A stretch of 55,732 nucleotides of DNA, counting the filler, from Sluysia triapertura (Eukaryota), in assembly GCA_046118255.1 (NCBI GenBank). It is 4 parts of 4 records of this genome, joined end to end, with 100 filler letters (N's around TTAATTAATTAA, not from the genome) between each part and the next. Parts side by side here need not be neighbours in the genome. Positions count along the whole stretch, not along the records: positions 43,230 to 55,732 come from JBJNIA010102988.1; 3 more parts are not named here. One strand, 5' to 3'. Position 1 is the first letter of the stretch. The number at the start of each line of letters is the position of its first letter. Made by a program: the position numbers and the translations under genes. Positions 50,076-55,732 of the stretch are shown in pieces. The notes below the pieces were generated by a model, which had not been told where the DNA came from, did not search any database, and saw only the letters and a program-made list of their open reading frames with translations.

Positions 50076-50974
50076 ATTCTTTCTGCAAGTTTCAATTTGA
50101 TATATTCTTTATTAATGCTTATACATCGGAACATATTTAACTTTCATTTTAAATTATAAAAATTAATTAAAATAACAAATACTTCATCATTAAAAACACT
50201 TATAAAACTCAATATTATACACTAAATCCAATATGGTTATATAATGAGCAAACATTTTTATTGAGTTATCAAATTAAACAAATTTTAATTAAGTTATTTA
50301 ACAAATGTACTTTAATATTTTAACAAATAAACCGTGCAAAGGGTTATATCTCATTATTTTATAGACTTACCTTACCATTACAGTTCATCATAATACCCTA
50401 TCTTAATTCTTCAATAATGTTCACCTTATGCTATTATCTTGATTCCTGGCATTTACATCTACTTTTATCCTTCACTAATCCCAAAATTAACGTAAAATAT
50501 ACAATATTATTACATTATTGCACTGCGACAACTATAATAGTAGATGCTCGGCTCAAATGTTAGTAATCCAACAAGAAATATTCACCTTAGTAGTGTATAA
50601 TGTATCTTTTTGGATATTTGCTGCTTAAACGTCATCGCTAACTATATTAAGTCGAATATTCGAAGACGATACTGGACAAGTGGATCTAAGTGTTGGTACG
50701 TCAACTAGGGCTTTAGAACTGGGATCTCGCGGAGCATTATTGTTAATTCCTTCAACTGTATTGATTTCTGATCGTGACAATGAAACAAGTTTGATATTCC
50801 ACATGTTATGCTGATCCTGTTTTTTTGTTTAATATAAAATTTAAATCTTGTGTTTTTCGTTTGTTTAAATCTTGTGTCGTTAATAATTCGTTATAACTCA
50901 TAAACAACCAAGAAAAAAATAGGAAATAATAGAATATGGAAATGGAAAAGCAGGTAGACATTATCTGATAAATA

Positions 50975-51369
50975 AAGATAAATGTGAGAAGATGGAGAGC
51001 AAATAAAAACATTAATGAGGAAGAAAAATCCGTATTGAATTAAAAACTTGGGTTTTAAATCAATGGAAAGAAAGTATAAAAGTTTCTGTTTTATCGACTG
51101 AATTTAAAGCTAAATAAATTGCAAAAAGATTAGAAATTAGTGAATTTAAGAGAAGTGATTGTTGGGTCCATGATTTTATGAAAAGAAATCAATTAACATT
51201 AAGAATTGTAATATGATAATAACCTGAAGATCGGGAATGAAAAGAAGGAGGAATAAAGTTTTATTTTTTATTTTTTTCAACTACTCGAGTATAAGCTGCA
51301 TCACAATTTTATTTGATTTTTCTATTTTTCTATTTGTATAAGACACGGCTTATATACAAGATGTTAGGG
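50975..51369 (+). mobile_element. internally deleted pogo-family remnant
   Basis: NVRRWR...LKTWVLNQ...EFKRSDCWVHDFMKRNQLTLR (CENP-B HTH) followed by a pogo-like end CGGCTTATATACAAGATGTTAGGG-TA. Confidence 0.65.
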
Positions 51370-52605
51370 TAATTAATTTCGTCATATAGTCAATTTTATT
51401 CTTTGATGAAATACATATTTTAATATTATTCTTTATATTATAACCTCAATATGGCCAAATTTCTCCATTTTCTTCTATTTGTTTATTTGTTGTTTTCTGT
51501 ATTACAGTTACATACAGTTACATTTTTTTATATCTTTATATCTATCTTTGTATTAATTTCATGTTTTTTCACTTTTACGTTGTTCTTGCATATTCTCAGC
51601 TTATTATAATTATTATAATATTAATTATATTAATATTAATTCTTTCAAGTGTAACGTAAAGATCTGCATTCTTTCCCTAATACATAACATTTTCATAAGA
51701 TAGTAAATCAGTGTATGCATTAAATTCTACGTAGATTACAAACTTCGTATTATAAGGAAAATCATGTTTTCTTGTTATTAACAATAATATGAGCAATTTT
51801 GAGTATATTTGTTGAGTGTATGACCATTTAGAGTATTAGTGAATTATTTTTCAAATCAGGATTCACACAATTTACTAAACATCATCTTCTAATTACATTG
51901 TTTTAAGAAATCGAAGATCATTTTTTGTCAATAAATCTTTAAAAGCTTTTTTTTTAAATTTATTGCTTTGTTATTGATTTTTGAAATATTACTTTTTAGA
52001 TAAATAAATGAAATTTAAACAAACTAAATTTGATAAATTGTAATTTTATAAGTATTCGAAATAATTTGAAAATTATTTCTGATTCATAAAATGTGAATTT
52101 TTAATTATTATTTTGAATTTTAGTTAGGATTAGATTACACAAAAATGTTTCAAAAGTGTTTTAATGAATCAATGATTTATCTTAAACAATTTTGAATAAT
52201 ATAATAAAACAAGTAGANNNNNNNNNNNNNNNNNNNNNNNNNNNNNNNNNNNNNNNNNNNNNNNNNNNNNNNNNNNNNNNNNNNNNNNNNNNNNNNNNNN
52301 NNNNNNNNNNNNNNNNNNNNNNNNNNNNNNNNNNNNNNNNNNNNNNNNNNNNNNNNNNNNNNNNNNNNNNNNNNNNNNNNNNNNNNNNNNNNNNNNNNNN
52401 NNNNNNNNNNNNNNNNNNGATAATGATAATAGTAATAATAATTATAATGATAATTATAATATTGATAATAATAATAATGACAATAATAATAATAATAATA
52501 ATACAGCATGACTGATTGTAAATTATGACGTGAATGATTTTTATTACGTATTAAAATTTTATTGGTTATTGGACCAGCATTATTTCAATTGGTTAATTTT
52601 TTCAG

Positions 52606-52952
52606 AATTATGAAAAAGAACGAATCGAGAAAGACCGACCAACCCAGCCAAAACACGGAATGACATTGGGGCTCGTTGATATAGATAAAACCAAATTAGA
52701 AATCAATTACAATCCGCCATTATTAAGGTTGGATTATGTAGTTAGTTTCAAATTTTCGAATATATTTTCAGTGACGATCCAAGCGATGGTTCCGAATCCG
52801 ACAATTCTGATGATCAAAATCGACCTTTGTCGCAACACGAATTGTATGACAAAGCACTGCGAGATATTCGTAAAAAACAGGACCACTTGAATGCTCACAA
52901 AGTGCAACATCGTAGTTATACGGATGTATCGAAAAAGACTAATAAAAACTAG
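52606..52952 (+). CDS. two exons resembling the C-terminal region of ODAD1/CCDC114-CCDC63 outer dynein arm docking proteins
   Basis: Exons 52606-52727 and 52772-52952 (44-nt GT-AG intron) give NYEKERIEKDRPTQPKHGMTLGL...NPPLLSDDPSDGSESDNSDDQNRPLSQHELYDKAL. The PP-acidic-RPL(S/T)xxEL pattern is recalled from that family. Family assignment is tentative. Confidence 0.5.
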
Positions 52953-53084
52953 TATGAATAAACAATCATTAATTCAGTATCGAATAGATTTTATCGATTT
53001 ATTGATTGGTGGATGGAGTTGTTTATTGTGAAAAATGAATGATTATCATTTATTAACATCATTTTTAATTCATTAACACCACCA

Positions 53085-53403
53085 ACAATAATAATAATAT
53101 CAAAAGCGCTGAAACAGAAACAACTTTGCCTTCTTAAATATTTCATAATCTTCCAGTAATTTGACATTCTCTGGTAACTGGTTGTATATTTTGAAACATA
53201 ACAGTATACAACCTATCACCTAGTTCTTTTTCATCACTGTGGATTCTGTATAGATTATTATTATGTCTCAATGAAATATTAATCTTGGTTTCCAATATTT
53301 TTATTATTTCTACAAGATATTCAGCACTTCCGTAATGTAAGCATTTGTAAATTATTGTCATGATTTTAAACTCTATTCTTGCTTTTATTGTCAACCAATG
53401 TAA
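53085..53403 (-). mobile_element. 3' fragment of the same LINE
   Basis: Encodes IKARIEFKIMTIIYKCLHYGSAEYL and is closely similar to 9705-9995. Confidence 0.85.
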
Positions 53404-55053
53404 TTATTAGAATATTATAACATTTGAACAATAACTGTGACTTTTCTTGTATGCATATGTTTGGATTATAAGGTGGTATATAGATTACAATAGGATGGTC
53501 TGATAGAATTTCTAGAACCATCTGATCAAAAGCATAACTAAAAACAAATTTTTGTATTTCATAATTAACTAAGACATTTCTATCAAATATATATGGATTG
53601 ATGACTAAGATCTTTAATATAATCTCGAACTATAATAACATATTTTTTAGTTTTAGACTTTCCAATAGCATATTTAATTGTAATAAAGTGTTGTACAAAT
53701 CGAAAATCCAGCTATAAAATGATAATGATTGTTATTGATAATGATTGTTATTGTATTACAAATATATTTCGATTGAGGAAGTAGATTTTGAATTATATAA
53801 ATTTCAGTCACTTATCTATGTCTAGCTAGTTTAATGAATAAATTATTAAAGTCATCAATAACAATTACTTCATAATTGACTAGTTTTTGTTAAAACAATT
53901 AATTACTTTATTTACAAAATTAGATTTACATTAATACTGCATCTCCCTATCCACGTTGATGTTAATATATTTTATTAAATTTATTTTTAAACTAATACAT
54001 TGTAGTAATAATAATTTATATAAAAATGTTTTTTTACAATTTGATTATATATTAAATTATTATTTAAATCCATTTTAAACTTAACTTATAATAACATGAT
54101 TATAAAACGATCAAAAAATGCATACATAAAATATATTTTGCTCTAAGTTTTGTCAGTAATACTTTGAAAAGCTTTTTCTTTCCACGTAAGATATAATTAA
54201 TTTTCCATTATGAAATTTTGCATAACATGTTTATGTTTATCAATAATTAAAGTATGAGTAGTATCAAAAACATGTCTTTGATATATTTTCCAAGTCGACA
54301 TCACTAATACATTGAATAATGTATTTTCGTACACAATTTTTGAATATGATACAATGTCAAATGGATATAATTGTACTTAATTGATTTTAAGTTTAAAATA
54401 AGTCGATGTGTTTTTTGAATAATTTGGAAATATTTTTAAAAAGTTTTCTTCGAATTCTCCAGGATCCTACTTAAGATAGTATTAGAATGACTTACATTAA
54501 TTCTTTCTGGGCAATTTAAGATAATTTTTCTAAAATATATCAATTATTATATATTTATACATATGTTGTTAATTCTATCTGTGCCTCTTGCACCTTAATA
54601 TTACTTTTGTACATTATTTTGATATAATTATTCATTCTTTTGATATCAGTAATCATTAGATTATGTATCGCGCCTACGCCGATCACAAACCCTCATTTTT
54701 TGCAAGGGAATCATTTTTGCAAGGTGTTAAGGTGTTAAATGAAAAATAATTTTTAACCATTTGCGGTCCTCTGTCGAGGCAATCCAGTTAATAATTTAAC
54801 GCAAACATTGAAACGTGTATGTAATTTGTTACATGTCGAAGATGGACCGATAAGAAAATGTTTACATTTTTATTTACACCGACCCGTTATTATCGTCAAG
54901 TTTGGACCACTATACTGCCACTGTACTATATAAACTAATGTAATATATTATATTATGTAAATATTATTAATAATAATTATAATTAATATAGCAATAATAA
55001 TATTAATAAAATTAATAATGATAACACTTATAATAATAATATGCATTGTTTAG

Positions 55054-55158
55054 AAAACAAGTTTTCACAAGAAATCCGAGACAACGAATGCTCAGAAAAA
55101 GAAACCTCAAATAACAAAATCTTTTTCCATGGATAATAGCGATGTTCAGGACGAAAAG
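55054..55158 (+). CDS. isolated phase-0 exon (KTSFHKKSETTNAQKKKPQITKSFSMDNSDVQDEK)
   Basis: 105-nt open frame between TTTAG and AG/GTATAT. It may belong to the gene at 52606. Confidence 0.4.
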
Positions 55159-55339
55159 GTATATTTATTTTGTATAAAGTTACTATTCTACAAAAATTAT
55201 ATAAATCATAGGCACTATTTTTATCCTATTATAAACTACTTAATAATAAAAGTAACAAATAAATAATAAAAAATATTTTGAAGTAAAGAAATGATTACAC
55301 AATATCACATTAAATAAATAATATACGTAATAGATTAAA

Positions 55340-55732
55340 AAGGTATTAATTGCAAGGTTGCAACGCTTGTTTTGAATTTGTCAATATTTTTAAAAATATT
55401 TTTAATAAGTACGAGAAAATATCATAAAAGCATATATTTCCCGGATGAAAAAGAAGGAAATTTCAACTATAATAGATGTTAAATTATCAACGGTTTATTC
55501 AGTTGTGTTGCCAAAATTAAATGAAGACCAAATAAACACACTGAAAGACTGGATTGATCAAGATGCTACTACATCTTTGAGAGATTTAGTTGATAAATGT
55601 CGCTGTTTCTACAACTACAATTGCTACGGGCTTCAATTGCTCACTAATTTCTACAGAAAATATTGATGAGAGAATGGCTTATTCAAGAAGGGTTTTGAAG
55701 TATCAAACAGATATACTTATATTTATCGATGA
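55340..55732 (+). mobile_element. Tc1/IS630-like transposase N-terminal HTH remnant, running off the window end
   Basis: KKEISTIIDVKLSTVYSV and KLNEDQINTLKDWIDQDATTSLRDL are paired-like HTH motifs of Tc1/IS630 transposases. Confidence 0.55.

Noticed and set aside
50380-50818. Minus-strand exon-like pieces including an ankyrin-like DVNARNQD
   Set aside because: An in-frame stop and no consistent splice model; a single short motif is insufficient.

Overview
Very AT-rich eukaryotic (animal-like) draft scaffold with N-gaps and tiny GT-AG introns (33-44 nt) alongside multi-kb, transposon-filled introns. This is compatible with a compact invertebrate genome such as an orthonectid, which is an inference only. 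Two conserved genes can be reconstructed exon by exon: THOC1 (12854-18990, +) and SLBP (30014-30813, +). Further phase-consistent exons of unidentified gene(s) lie at 32-55 kb. The rest is a patchwork of decayed Tc1/mariner, pogo/Tigger, piggyBac-like and L2/CR1-type LINE fragments. Three unusual things stand out. (1) A ~150-bp TGTT...CA element with 4-bp target-site duplications carries a tRNA-derived Pol III cassette inside it (4 copies or fragments). (2) A 1.8-kb non-coding element has 10-bp TGTTGGGATT terminal inverted repeats and a 4-bp TSD, and shares its terminus with the tRNA element. (3) A recurring module (TGT start, conserved bipartite motif, AAT microsatellite, CCAAT-containing inverted-repeat block) sits in front of different orphan ORFs. 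These include an intronless Rab7-derived/CCCH zinc-finger chimera and an intact 437-codon orphan ORF, suggesting a gene-capturing or promoter-donating mobile system. All calls were made by eye, with no database searches.
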